From Erysipelotrichaceae bacterium (GTDB taxonomy: Bacteria; Bacillota_I; Bacilli_A; RFN20; CAG-826): a stretch of 64,000 bases of DNA. The stretch is from NCBI GenBank assembly GCA_963588055.1, contig CAVAGB010000009.1:1803-65802 (forward strand). The letters are read 5' to 3'. Both the position numbers and the translations under genes were made by a program. Each line of letters starts with the position of its first letter. Position 1 is the stretch's first letter. The notes beneath the pieces are model-generated. The model made no database searches. It saw only the letters and a list, made by a program, of their open reading frames with translations, and had not been told where the DNA came from. Shown in pieces: positions 34,788 through 44,620 of this stretch.

Positions 34788-37199
34788 ATGAGCAAGAATA
34801 AAAGCAAAATCAAAGAGCCCACTAACCTTGAGAAAGCGACTCTTCTCTCCGGGGATGGCTCTTGGCTCACTTATGGCATAGAACGGCTCGACATTAAGCC
34901 CGTTGAGATGCACGATGGCCCCCTTGGGCTTAGGAAAGTGGGCAACGATCCGGATTTCAATTTGAAAATTAGCGAGCCTGCGGTTTGCTTCCCTGCCCCT
35001 TGCCTCACCGCTTGCAGCTGGGATAGGGATTTGGAACAGAAACTCGGCCAGACTCTTGGGAGAGAGGCGCGCTTGAAAGGGACGCAGATCCTTTTGGCCC
35101 CAGGAGCGAACATCAAGAGGAATCCTCTCTGCGGAAGGAACTTCGAATACCTTTCTGAGGATCCTGTCCTATCAGGGAAAATGGCCGCTTCTTACATCAA
35201 TGGGTTGCAGGACGTGAATGTCGGAGGATGCCTAAAACATTTCGCCTGCAATAGCCAGGAATATTATCGTATGGTGAATGATTCGATCGTTGATGAAAGA
35301 GCCTTTCGAGAGCTTTATCTAAGACCTTTTGAAATCGCTGTGAAAGAGTCCTCGCCTTGGGCTGTTATGGCGAGTTACAACAAGATTAACGGAGTTTATG
35401 CGTGCGAAAATAGTTTGCTTTTGCAGGATATTCTAAAAAAAGAGTGGGGTTTTGAAGGCGTCGTGATGTCTGACTGGGGAGGGGTTAATGACCCTGTTCT
35501 TTCTCATGAGAATGGCCTTGATCTCGAAATGCCCTGCATGGTTAAAAAGAGAAATAAGCAGTTGGCAAGAGCGGTCAAAAAGGGAAAGCTGTCGCAGAAG
35601 TCTTTGGATGATTGTTTCTCCAGGCTATCCGCTTTGTCAAAGAAAGCGAATGCCCCGTTCACCGACAAAAAAGAATATTCAATGGATATTGGGCATCAAG
35701 TCGCCGTGGAAGTCGCTGAACAAAGCGCTGTCTTGTTGAAGAACGACGGCGTCCTCCCTTTGAAGAATTATCGTGATTGCTGCTTCATTGGGGAACTCGC
35801 CAAAACGCCGCGTTACCAAGGAGGGGGGTCGAGCCACGTCGTTCCTCATAAACTTGTTTCTTTCCTCGATGCGATTGAAGGATCTGATGCCTTGAAAGGA
35901 GGAGAAATCCCCTTCGCCAGCGGCTATGATTTAGATTCGATTTGGACGGACGGAGACGTGGAGGCTTTCGTTTCAGCTATCGACCTCGCATCCAAATCCA
36001 AGACCGTCGTTTTGTTCATGGGGCTTCCCCCTAAGGCGGAGGCCGAAGGGCTAGACCGCGCAAGCATCCATCTTCCAGAAGAGCAGATCCGCCTCTTTGA
36101 TGAAATATATGAGGTCAATCAGAATATCGTCGTCGTGCTTAGCTGCGGCGCGCCGGTTGAGCTTCCTTTCAAGGACAAAGCAAAAGCGATTCTGCTTATG
36201 TATTTGCCGGGCGAAGGCGGAGGTGAGGCAATTGACCACTTGCTTCTAGGCAAAGCGTGTCCAAGCGGGAAGCTTGCTGAGAGCTGGCCCAAGCACATAT
36301 CAGACGTTCCTTCCTTTGGCTTCTACCCCGGGGAGGAGAGGACTTCGCTTTACCGCGAATCGATCTATGTGGGGTACCGCTATTATTTGACCGTCGGCAA
36401 AGAGGTGAATTACCCCTTCGGGCATGGCTTGAGCTACGCGAAGACCGCCATCAAGAAAATCGTGCTTAATAAAGAAAGCATCAGCAAGGGCGAGATAGCG
36501 AAGGCGGAAGTGACTGTTTCGAACGCTTCTTCTTATCCCATGAAGAAAGTTATTGAGCTTTATTACGAGTTAGAAGGGGAGAGGAATTCCTTTCATCCAA
36601 AGCGCGTCCTGCTGGATTTTAAAAAAGAAGAAATCCCTGCAAAAAGCACAATAACCCTGCAATTCTCAATCAATTTTGATGACTTCCGTGTTTTTGATAT
36701 TTCCTCTTCCTCTTGGAAAGTCGAGCCCGGCAATGTCTTGATAGAGGTCGGAGAATCCTGCGAAGATATCAAAGCCACAGTGGCTCTGCGCCTTGATTCC
36801 AATGATGTTATTGAGTCCTCTCGCTTGAAGATGCCGACTTATTACGCTCCAACGACGGATGGGTTCCTGCAATTCGATAACGATTTCGAAGCGCTCTATG
36901 GCCAGCACATCCGCATGGAACGGGATCCCAAATCGCGGCCTTTCAATCTGAATTCGACTTTTTCCGACATCTCGCGGACCTGGATTGGCAAGAAGGCTCT
37001 CTCCATTGGAGGAAAGATGATGCATTTCGATGAGCCGGAGCATGAAACGGATAAGACCTTTTTCATGCAACTGCCTCTGCGAAACATCATCATGGGCGGA
37101 GTCGAAGAGAAGTACGCTTACGCATTGAGGGATTGCGCGAATGGGCACTATCTTTCTGCCTTAATCGACATTGCCTTTAATCGGCGCAAAGGCGAATGA
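34788..37199 (+). CDS. bglX: Glycoside hydrolase family 3 beta-glucosidase
   Basis: 803 aa with nucleophile block VMSDWGG and KHFACNSQE. Confidence 0.85.
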   Translation: MSKNKSKIKEPTNLEKATLLSGDGSWLTYGIERLDIKPVEMHDGPLGLRKVGNDPDFNLKISEPAVCFPAPCLTACSWDRDLEQKLGQTLGREARLKGTQILLAPGANIKRNPLCGRNFEYLSEDPVLSGKMAASYINGLQDVNVGGCLKHFACNSQEYYRMVNDSIVDERAFRELYLRPFEIAVKESSPWAVMASYNKINGVYACENSLLLQDILKKEWGFEGVVMSDWGGVNDPVLSHENGLDLEMPCMVKKRNKQLARAVKKGKLSQKSLDDCFSRLSALSKKANAPFTDKKEYSMDIGHQVAVEVAEQSAVLLKNDGVLPLKNYRDCCFIGELAKTPRYQGGGSSHVVPHKLVSFLDAIEGSDALKGGEIPFASGYDLDSIWTDGDVEAFVSAIDLASKSKTVVLFMGLPPKAEAEGLDRASIHLPEEQIRLFDEIYEVNQNIVVVLSCGAPVELPFKDKAKAILLMYLPGEGGGEAIDHLLLGKACPSGKLAESWPKHISDVPSFGFYPGEERTSLYRESIYVGYRYYLTVGKEVNYPFGHGLSYAKTAIKKIVLNKESISKGEIAKAEVTVSNASSYPMKKVIELYYELEGERNSFHPKRVLLDFKKEEIPAKSTITLQFSINFDDFRVFDISSSSWKVEPGNVLIEVGESCEDIKATVALRLDSNDVIESSRLKMPTYYAPTTDGFLQFDNDFEALYGQHIRMERDPKSRPFNLNSTFSDISRTWIGKKALSIGGKMMHFDEPEHETDKTFFMQLPLRNIIMGGVEEKYAYALRDCANGHYLSALIDIAFNRRKGE

Positions 37200-37213
37200 G
37201 AGATTCTTGTAGG

Positions 37214-38188
37214 ATGAAAAGCACGAAATACGCATTAGGAATCGACATTGGCGGTACGAGTATCAAGTTCGCTTTCGTTTCGGAAAATGGCGACATGCTC
37301 GAGAAGATTTCCATGCCTGTGGAGAAAGGCGCTCCGCAGGAGAAAACATTGAAGGACCTCATCGCTTTGATCCATGAGAATTGGATCCTTGACGATGAAG
37401 ACGTAATTGGAATCGGCGTCGGCTGCCCAGGAGGCATCAACCCTCAAAAGGGCACCTGCGATTATGCGACGAACTTGGGATGGAAGGATTTTGACGTCGT
37501 CGTACCCCTCAAGAACGCTTTCCATAAGCAGGCTTATATCGAGAATGACGCGAATGCGGCTTTGCTTGGCGAGGTCTATTTCGGCATCGCGAGAGAATAT
37601 CAAAACGTTGTTTTCCTCACTTTGGGGACTGGCGTGGGCTCTGGGCTTTACCTGAATGGCCGCATCTATTCCGGAAACGAAGGGAAAGGCGCCGAGCTTG
37701 GGCATATCTCGATCGATGCGGATGGCAGGCCATGTGCCTGCGGTAGAAAAGGATGTCTTGAAGCTTATGCTTCGGCTTCAGCTCTATGCCATGACGCTGC
37801 CATGGCGATGGTCGAGCACCCCGAATCGAAGATGTGGGACATCTGCAAATCCCCTCAGCGGATGACGGGAGCTGTTGTCTTCGAAGCAGAGAAGTTAGGG
37901 GATTTGGCGGCGAAGCAAGTCGTCGATAATTACATATCTTATTTAGGACAGGGCTGTTTGAATATCTGCAATGCTCTGCGCCCTGAGGCCATCATCCTTG
38001 GCGGAGGGGTCTCTAGACAAGGGGAGAACCTGAGCTCTCGCGTTCAAAAGTACTTGGCGATGAACGGCTATGGGCTTATCAAAGAAAGAGCGCCCAAAAC
38101 CAGCGTTTTGATATCTTCCTTGGGGAGCGAAGCAGGGATTTACGGCGCTGCAGCGCTTTGCTTTGAGCGACTTAAAACCAAAGCTTAA
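37214..38188 (+). CDS. glk: ROK family sugar kinase (glucokinase-like)
   Basis: Motifs GIDIGGTSIKF and zinc motif CACGRKGCLEAY. The start could instead be 37196. Confidence 0.8.
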   Translation: MKSTKYALGIDIGGTSIKFAFVSENGDMLEKISMPVEKGAPQEKTLKDLIALIHENWILDDEDVIGIGVGCPGGINPQKGTCDYATNLGWKDFDVVVPLKNAFHKQAYIENDANAALLGEVYFGIAREYQNVVFLTLGTGVGSGLYLNGRIYSGNEGKGAELGHISIDADGRPCACGRKGCLEAYASASALCHDAAMAMVEHPESKMWDICKSPQRMTGAVVFEAEKLGDLAAKQVVDNYISYLGQGCLNICNALRPEAIILGGGVSRQGENLSSRVQKYLAMNGYGLIKERAPKTSVLISSLGSEAGIYGAAALCFERLKTKA

Positions 38189-39075
38189 GGAATTATCGTC
38201 AGCACGTATTCGCCTTTGCCTTCTAGATTGCCTTCTTTTCCCGCGGGGATGAAAAAAGTATCGCCTTGTTTGAAAGGTTCGTTGTTGAAGGTTCCTTCCC
38301 CTGAAAGGAAGGTGATTGAGGCGAAACTATCTTTTGGGGCGGCTATCTTCCCGTTGTTTACTTTTCCTAAGATAGAACGGAAATAGGCACATTCTCCCAT
38401 GATCGGGGCTTTGAAATAGATGGGCTCATAAGGCTTGAAGGAAACCACCTTCATGGCTTTGTCGATGTGCAGTTCCCTAGGCTTCCCGTCTTTGCCTAGA
38501 CGGCCATAATCATATAAGCGATAGGTCAGGTTGCTGTTTTGCTGAATCTCGGCCAGAGTGACTCCCGCCCCGATTGCGTGCACCGTCCCTGAGGGAATGA
38601 AGTAATTTTCGCCGGGTTTCACGGGGATGAATTGGAGGAGGTCGGTTAAAGTGTTGTCTTTAATTTTGGCTCGCACTTCCTCTTCGTTGGTTTCGCGTTT
38701 GAAGCCTAGATAGAGCCCTGCGCCAGGCTTGGCGGCGATGATGTGCCACATCTCCGTTTTGCCGAAGGAGTTCTCGTTTTTGAGGGCGTATTCATCGCTT
38801 GGATGGACCTGAATCGAGAGGTTTGATTCAGAATCGATGAGTTTGATCAGGACTGGAAAATAAGGAAAATGTTGGACTTTTGCGCCCAAATCCTCTTTCG
38901 TAGCCACGTCTTTTAAAGCTCTTCCGTCTGAAAGGAGCGTGGGTCCGTCATCACGGAAAGAAAGCTCCCAGGCTTCCGCTATATTCGCCTCGTTGCTTTG
39001 CTTACCCCATTTTTTGAGGGTCGTCCCTCCCCAAATGAGATTCTTTGTCGCGGGTATTGTTTTGCTGATTTCCAT
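38185..39075 (-). CDS. manA: Mannose-6-phosphate isomerase, class I
   Basis: Motifs LSIQVHPSDEYA and GTVHAIGAG. Confidence 0.85.
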   Translation of the reverse strand: MEISKTIPATKNLIWGGTTLKKWGKQSNEANIAEAWELSFRDDGPTLLSDGRALKDVATKEDLGAKVQHFPYFPVLIKLIDSESNLSIQVHPSDEYALKNENSFGKTEMWHIIAAKPGAGLYLGFKRETNEEEVRAKIKDNTLTDLLQFIPVKPGENYFIPSGTVHAIGAGVTLAEIQQNSNLTYRLYDYGRLGKDGKPRELHIDKAMKVVSFKPYEPIYFKAPIMGECAYFRSILGKVNNGKIAAPKDSFASITFLSGEGTFNNEPFKQGDTFFIPAGKEGNLEGKGEYVLTIIP

Positions 39076-39107
39076 AACGCGCTAGATTCTAGCACATGAG
39101 GGAGCTC

Positions 39108-40307
39108 TCACTCATCATAAGGGCGGTCGAAGTGCACGATGAATGAATATTTGGGCTCGTCCTTGAAAGCCTCTTTTAAATAGGAGAGGATTCCCGCCTC
39201 GGTCAATTTCTTTTTGTCAAAAGGAATCACGCAGTCGAAGAGGACGTTCGTATGGGTGTCGCCTTTCACGATGCGAAGGTCGTGGATGCTGAGGCTCTCG
39301 TCCAACGAGGAAAGGACGTTCGCTATCCTCTGCTTTAATTCATCGGTCTCTTTGTCCCCAACTTGAATGGGATCGAGGTGGATGGTGATCTCGCAGCCGA
39401 ATTTCTCCCTTATGTCTTCCTCGATGTTGTCGATGACGTCATGGATTTTCGCCAGCTCATTCTTCGCATCCACCTCAGCGTGGAGGGAAACGAAATACTT
39501 GGTCGGCCCGTAGGCGTGGCAAAGCACGTCATGCACCCCGAGGATCTCTGGGTAAGTCCGGACTTCTTTGACGATTTTCGATTCGAATTCCTTGCTCGCC
39601 GGCTGACCGATCAAAGGATCGCTGGATTCCTTTATCATCTTGATCCCTGAATAGATGATGAACAAAGCGATCGCGATGCCTGCGTAAGGATCTAGGAAAC
39701 TCCATTTGAGGAAATAGGAGAGTAGGGCGCAGATAAGGATGATGGTGGTGGCGATGGCGTCGGTCAACGAATCTAGAGCGGTGGCTTTCAACGCGACGGA
39801 AGAGATTGCCTTTCCCAAAGAACGGTTCACATAGGATTGGAAAAGCTTAAGCAGAATCGCAACCCCGAGGATGATTAAGGAATAGACGTCGTAATCCGCG
39901 GAAGAGCCGTTGAAGATCTCCTTAAGCGAGGAAAGGCCAAGCTCCAACGCCGCCGCGATGATGAGCATGGAGACGATGAGCGCGGCGATGTATTCCACCC
40001 TCTCATGTCCATAAGGATGTTCTTTGTCGGCGGGCTTCGAAGCCAAAGAAAAGCCGATCAGCGTGACGGCGCTTGAAGCGATGTCGCCCGCGTTGTTGAT
40101 TACGTCTCCAATCAAAGCCATGGAGAAGACCCAATTCGATTTGGCGGCGAGCAGCAACGCCGCCGAAAGTTTGAGACCTACTAGAATGGCGTTGGTGATG
40201 ATTCCGAAAACGGCGGCCAGTTTGCCGTGTTTTATGCGCACGTCTTCTTTGTCGACCTGCTCGTAATCCTTGATGAATAGCTTCCGCAAGAGTTTCACCA
40301 TGCCCAT
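39108..40307 (-). CDS. Cation diffusion facilitator family transporter
   Basis: Six TM helices, blocks HPYGHERVEY and LDSLTDAIATT, and a C-terminal cytoplasmic domain. The start is ambiguous: ATG at 40307 or 40301. The listed start at 40343 is a TTG. Confidence 0.8.
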   Translation of the reverse strand: MGMVKLLRKLFIKDYEQVDKEDVRIKHGKLAAVFGIITNAILVGLKLSAALLLAAKSNWVFSMALIGDVINNAGDIASSAVTLIGFSLASKPADKEHPYGHERVEYIAALIVSMLIIAAALELGLSSLKEIFNGSSADYDVYSLIILGVAILLKLFQSYVNRSLGKAISSVALKATALDSLTDAIATTIILICALLSYFLKWSFLDPYAGIAIALFIIYSGIKMIKESSDPLIGQPASKEFESKIVKEVRTYPEILGVHDVLCHAYGPTKYFVSLHAEVDAKNELAKIHDVIDNIEEDIREKFGCEITIHLDPIQVGDKETDELKQRIANVLSSLDESLSIHDLRIVKGDTHTNVLFDCVIPFDKKKLTEAGILSYLKEAFKDEPKYSFIVHFDRPYDE

Positions 40308-40377
40308 TACTATAGGATTGGAGAAACGAGTTAGGAAAGGCAAACAAAATATAATCTAGTTTTTAAAACGAGTTCCC

Positions 40378-40405
40378 TTGACAATGAAAACTAGTACATT
40401 AAACT
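40378..40405 (+). promoter_or_regulatory. Candidate promoter of the hemolysin III gene
   Basis: TTGACA-16 nt-TAAACT. The -10 box ends 2 nt before the ATG at 40408, which argues for the ATG at 40426 as the true start. Confidence 0.45.
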
Positions 40406-40425
40406 AGATGCCGTTGGGAATCGTT

Positions 40426-41097
40426 ATGTCAGTTGATCGCATTGCATTGCCAGAATACACGAGGAAACAGGAGTGGTGGAACTCCATCTCGCATCTTTGT
40501 GGCGTCGTGTTTGCTTTGATCGCCGGGCCTTTTCTAGTCGTCAAAGCAGTCAATACGAACAACGCTTTGTTCATTTCTGCCTGCGTGATATATCTAGTCT
40601 CCTTGATTGTCCTATATTCAGGAAGCGCCTTATACCATGGCTTGCTCCCCTGCCCTTTCAAAAGAGTGATGCGGGTGCTTGACCACGATAACGTCTTCCT
40701 TCTCATCATGGGTTCCTACACCCCATATACATGGATCGGCCTCTATGAAACCAAAGACGGTTTCCCTTGGTGTTGGGTCATCTTCGGCCTCGTTTGGTCT
40801 TTATGCATCCTAGGCATCGTCTTCAATTCCATTGACCTCAAGAAATACTCGAAGGTCTGCATGGTTATCTACGTCGGCATGGGGTCGGCGATCCTCGCGG
40901 CTTTCTACCCTCTCTATTTTTCCATCGGCCTAGCCGGCATTTTGACCCTCCTTGGATCAGGCGTTTTCTACTGGGTCGGCGCGACTTTGTATGTGCTTGG
41001 AGGGAAAAAGAGCTTCTGGTATCACACGGTCTTCCATTTCTTCGTTTTGGCCGCGACGACGTTGATGTTCTTTTCCATCTACTTCTTTGTCCTTTGA
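40426..41097 (+). CDS. Hemolysin III / PAQR family membrane protein
   Basis: Seven TM helices with blocks NSISHLCG and LDHDNVFLLIMGSYTPY. Confidence 0.8.
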   Translation: MSVDRIALPEYTRKQEWWNSISHLCGVVFALIAGPFLVVKAVNTNNALFISACVIYLVSLIVLYSGSALYHGLLPCPFKRVMRVLDHDNVFLLIMGSYTPYTWIGLYETKDGFPWCWVIFGLVWSLCILGIVFNSIDLKKYSKVCMVIYVGMGSAILAAFYPLYFSIGLAGILTLLGSGVFYWVGATLYVLGGKKSFWYHTVFHFFVLAATTLMFFSIYFFVL

Positions 41098-41122
41098 GGA
41101 GGAAATGGGATAAACTTCCCTT

Positions 41123-42730
41123 ATGGGAAAAAGCAAGAAACCGACGCTTCTAATAATTGCCGCCATGTCGGTGCTTTCTTTGTCTTCCTGTACCATTTAT
41201 TCCTTCTTCCCTGGTTCTTCTTCCTCCTCTTCTTCAACCATTACGTCCGAATCGACTTCCGATTTCGCGAAAGAGATCGTTTCCGAGGGCGTTTATAAGT
41301 CCACGGATTTCCTGAAGACGAGCGCGAGGCAAGTCTCCGCCCAACGCGGGATGGACCTCGTCCCTTCGACGGGGAACGTGAAAATCCTCGTTTTGCCGAT
41401 CGAATTCACGGATAGCCCTTTCTCAGAAAGCACTTTGGGCAATATTGAAAAGGCCTTGAACGGAACGGACAACGACTATTGGGAATCCACGGCCTCGTTC
41501 TACGAAAAATCCTCTTACGGGAAGCTGCATTTGAATTTTCATGTGGCGGATACCTATAAGACCGGAATTACCTCGAGCGAAGCCGCGAAGCGAAATTATG
41601 AATACAGCCAGAACGGGAACGACGAGAAAACAAGCGGCCAGGCTTTCGTGAATGAGGCGGTGTCTGCCTATAAAGACGCAGACTTTCCTTTGGCGGATTT
41701 CGATTCAGACGATAACGGCATCATCGACGGGATCGTCGCTATTTACTCATGCCCGAATTACAGGAAAAAAACTTGTTCCTTCGATTATGGCGGCAAAACG
41801 CGCAAGGACGACAGCCTTTTCTGGGCGTACACCTATTGGTGCGTGAATGACCCCGATCTCTCTTCTCCCGAGGCCAACACCTATATTTGGATCTCTTACG
41901 ATTTCTTTGTCGAAGGCGGGGACGCCGACGCCCATACCTTGATTCATGAGTTCGGCCACACGATGGGGCTTGATGATTATTACAGCGGCGAAGTAGATTT
42001 CCAGCCCGCCGGGGGCATCGATATGATGGATTTGAACATCGCTGATCACGACGCCTATTCCAAATGCGTCCTTGGGTGGACTTCCCCTTATATCGTTGAT
42101 GGGGACGAGGTGAGCCTGACGATCCGCCCGTCGCAATCTTCCGGCGACTGCGTCCTCATTCCTACTTCCGCTTTCAATGGAACCGTATGGGACGAGTACA
42201 TCTTACTTGAGTTTTATACCCCGGATGGTTTGAACGAGCTTGATGCCAAAACGGCCTACTGCAACGAATATCCTCGCGGGTATTCCGAGCCTGGCATCAA
42301 AATCTATCACATAGACTCCCGCCTCATCTCCTGCTACAGTTTCGGGAGCAGATATACGTCGACCCCCTATGTAAGCGACCCCAATTCGATCGACTTGGAT
42401 TCCGGCAACGTCTTCTATTTCGTCGGGGCCACTAACTGCAGCAAGGAATTCAATTCCTCCCTCGTCCTTTCCTCGAACCGCTCCTATTCCGAGGACTTCT
42501 CCCTTTTGCATCTGATTGAAGCAACCGGCAAAAACACCTTCAAATACGGCGATGTGGGGACGAATGCGACTTTGTTCAAAGAGGGCTCCTCCTTCTCTTT
42601 GGGCAAGTTCGGTTCCTCTTTCTTCCCTTACAAGACCATGATGAACAACGGCCGCTCTTTTCCCTATACTATTGAAGTCACCTCGCTTTCCAGTGAAAGC
42701 GCGACCCTCAGTTTCACCAAAAACGCCTAA
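41123..42730 (+). CDS. Lipoprotein zinc metalloprotease (M6/InhA-like domain)
   Basis: Signal peptide with lipobox LSLSSC, a Ser-rich linker, and HExxH block LIHEFGHTMGLDDYY. Confidence 0.65.
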   Translation: MGKSKKPTLLIIAAMSVLSLSSCTIYSFFPGSSSSSSSTITSESTSDFAKEIVSEGVYKSTDFLKTSARQVSAQRGMDLVPSTGNVKILVLPIEFTDSPFSESTLGNIEKALNGTDNDYWESTASFYEKSSYGKLHLNFHVADTYKTGITSSEAAKRNYEYSQNGNDEKTSGQAFVNEAVSAYKDADFPLADFDSDDNGIIDGIVAIYSCPNYRKKTCSFDYGGKTRKDDSLFWAYTYWCVNDPDLSSPEANTYIWISYDFFVEGGDADAHTLIHEFGHTMGLDDYYSGEVDFQPAGGIDMMDLNIADHDAYSKCVLGWTSPYIVDGDEVSLTIRPSQSSGDCVLIPTSAFNGTVWDEYILLEFYTPDGLNELDAKTAYCNEYPRGYSEPGIKIYHIDSRLISCYSFGSRYTSTPYVSDPNSIDLDSGNVFYFVGATNCSKEFNSSLVLSSNRSYSEDFSLLHLIEATGKNTFKYGDVGTNATLFKEGSSFSLGKFGSSFFPYKTMMNNGRSFPYTIEVTSLSSESATLSFTKNA

Positions 42731-42741
42731 GCGATACGATT

Positions 42742-43221
42742 ATGTCTAAGAAAAGCGATTCATCCGTACTTCTTGAGAATAGAAAAGCCCATTTCCTCTA
42801 TTTCCTCTCCAATTTTCTGACTGCCGGAATCGTCCTCACCGGGACGGAGATCAAATCCCTTCGCGCGAGGAACGCTTCTTTAGCCGACAGCTATGTCTTC
42901 ATCCGTGGGGACGAGGTCTTCTTAGCCAATATGCACATCGCCCCTTATAAAGACGGAACCTACAACAACGTCGATCATCTGAGGGACCGCAAATTGCTGC
43001 TGACGAAACACGAGATCAAGAAACTCAAAAGCCATCTGACGGGGAAGTCGATGACCTGCGTTCCTACGAAGGTCTTTTTGTCGCATGGCTATGCGAAGGT
43101 CGAGATTGCTCTCGCCGTCGGTAAGCAAGCCCACGATAAGCGCGATGCGATTAAGGAAAGAGACGTCAAACGCAGCATTGGGAAAGCGATGAGGGAGGGG
43201 GCGAAAGCCCAAGGTGACTGA
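42742..43221 (+). CDS. smpB: SsrA-binding protein SmpB
   Basis: Blocks GTEIKSLR and LLLTKHEI. Confidence 0.9.
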   Translation: MSKKSDSSVLLENRKAHFLYFLSNFLTAGIVLTGTEIKSLRARNASLADSYVFIRGDEVFLANMHIAPYKDGTYNNVDHLRDRKLLLTKHEIKKLKSHLTGKSMTCVPTKVFLSHGYAKVEIALAVGKQAHDKRDAIKERDVKRSIGKAMREGAKAQGD

Positions 43222-44434
43222 AATGGATAAGGATATCGAGCGGTTCTTCGCTGAGGCCCCTTTCCGTTTCGACAATTCGGATTGGCTCTCTTTCTGCGGG
43301 AAAACGAAGATCAAAGTTTCTTCTCCTCTGATACACATTGCAGGAAGCAACGGCAAGAGCTCAGTTTGCCGTATATTGGAGAGCATCTATTTAGCAGCCG
43401 GATATAAAGTCGCTGCGCTTTACGACTTGAATCTTTTGTCTCTTGGTGAAGGCATTAGATGGAATGGCAAATCCATCGAAATAAGTGACTTTTGCAGGCT
43501 TTTCAAAGAAAATCAGAAGCTTTTTGCAAAGTTTTCGCTCTCAGATTATGAGATGCGAGTCGCCATCGCTTATCGCTATTTTGAGGAGGTAAAGCCTGAT
43601 ATTGTTATCGTCGAATCCGCCTTCGGCGGGGCCTACGACGCCACGAACATCGACGAGTTGAAAACCGTTCTTTGTGTTGTCACTTCAAGTGGCCTCACCC
43701 ATACGAATCTTTTGGGGACGACCACTTCTGAAATCGCCTTGAATCACGTGGGCATCCTCAAGGAAGAATGCCCTTTGCTTATAGGCAAATTGGATGAGAA
43801 TTCCACGGATGCTTTAAGGGACTTCGCCAAGAAGTTTGGTTCGAAACTTTCCGTTGTCGATGATTTTCATCGCGCCCATCTCGTCGGTTCTAATTACCAT
43901 TTTGATTTCGCCCCTTTCTCAGATCTTGCGCTTTCCACCTGCGCGCTGACCTACATCAATGACGCCGCGATCGCTCTTGATGGCATCCGTCTTCTTGAAC
44001 CTTCTTTCCCCGTTGAAGAAAAGGCCATTCGCGAAGGCCTTTTGGATTTCTCTTTGCCTGCGCGGAGCGAGGCTATCGGCAACATCATCTTGGATTGCGC
44101 GAACAACCCAGAGGCCATCAAAGCCTTCCTGCAAGGAGCGAGCGCCCTTTGCAAAGGGAAGCCCCTCCATGTTCTTTTCGCCTCAAAACGGAACACGAAC
44201 ATCGCCTCGATGCTTGCGATATTGGGCAATGTCTCCGCTTCTATCAATCTGACGACTTTCCCTTCGCCTTATGCGCGTAATGAGGAGGATTATTTTCTCT
44301 ACATCTCTGACTATCCTTATGTGGACGATCCTCTTCTGGGCTTGAAGGGCCTTAAGGAGAAATTTCCAGGTGACGCTATCCTTTTGATTGGCGACGGCGA
44401 ATTCGCGATGAAGATGCGCGAGGAGCTTTTATGA
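43214..44434 (+). CDS. folC: Mur-ligase family protein, folylpolyglutamate synthase-like (divergent)
   Basis: P-loop variant IAGSNGKSSV and block ESAFGGAYDATNI. The usual SPHL block is absent. Confidence 0.65.
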   Translation: MTEMDKDIERFFAEAPFRFDNSDWLSFCGKTKIKVSSPLIHIAGSNGKSSVCRILESIYLAAGYKVAALYDLNLLSLGEGIRWNGKSIEISDFCRLFKENQKLFAKFSLSDYEMRVAIAYRYFEEVKPDIVIVESAFGGAYDATNIDELKTVLCVVTSSGLTHTNLLGTTTSEIALNHVGILKEECPLLIGKLDENSTDALRDFAKKFGSKLSVVDDFHRAHLVGSNYHFDFAPFSDLALSTCALTYINDAAIALDGIRLLEPSFPVEEKAIREGLLDFSLPARSEAIGNIILDCANNPEAIKAFLQGASALCKGKPLHVLFASKRNTNIASMLAILGNVSASINLTTFPSPYARNEEDYFLYISDYPYVDDPLLGLKGLKEKFPGDAILLIGDGEFAMKMREELL

Positions 44435-44601
44435 AGAAGAAAGAAGTTGAGCCCGAAATCGATGAATCCCTTTTGACCGCAGAGCAACGCGAAGAGCTGC
44501 ATCGGAAAAGGAACTACAAACCTTGGATTATCTTTTTCTCCGTTTTGGTCGGTCTGATGGCCATCTGTCTAACGGTGATTCTGATATGTCGAAACGCCTG
44601 A
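44431..44601 (+). CDS. Candidate 56-aa single-TM membrane protein
   Basis: The ATG overlaps the folC-like stop, with SD AGGAG 5 nt upstream. Hydrophobic segment WIIFFSVLVGLMAICLTVILIC. Not in the ORF track because it is shorter than 60 aa. Confidence 0.45.
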   Translation: MKKKEVEPEIDESLLTAEQREELHRKRNYKPWIIFFSVLVGLMAICLTVILICRNA

Positions 44602-44620
44602 AGGAGGGTAAACTTGAATT

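Noticed and set aside
38185-38188. Convergent glk and manA genes overlap by 4 nt at their stop codons, with no terminator between them.
   Set aside because: This is a compact-genome arrangement seen often. There is nothing further to suggest regulation by antisense overlap.
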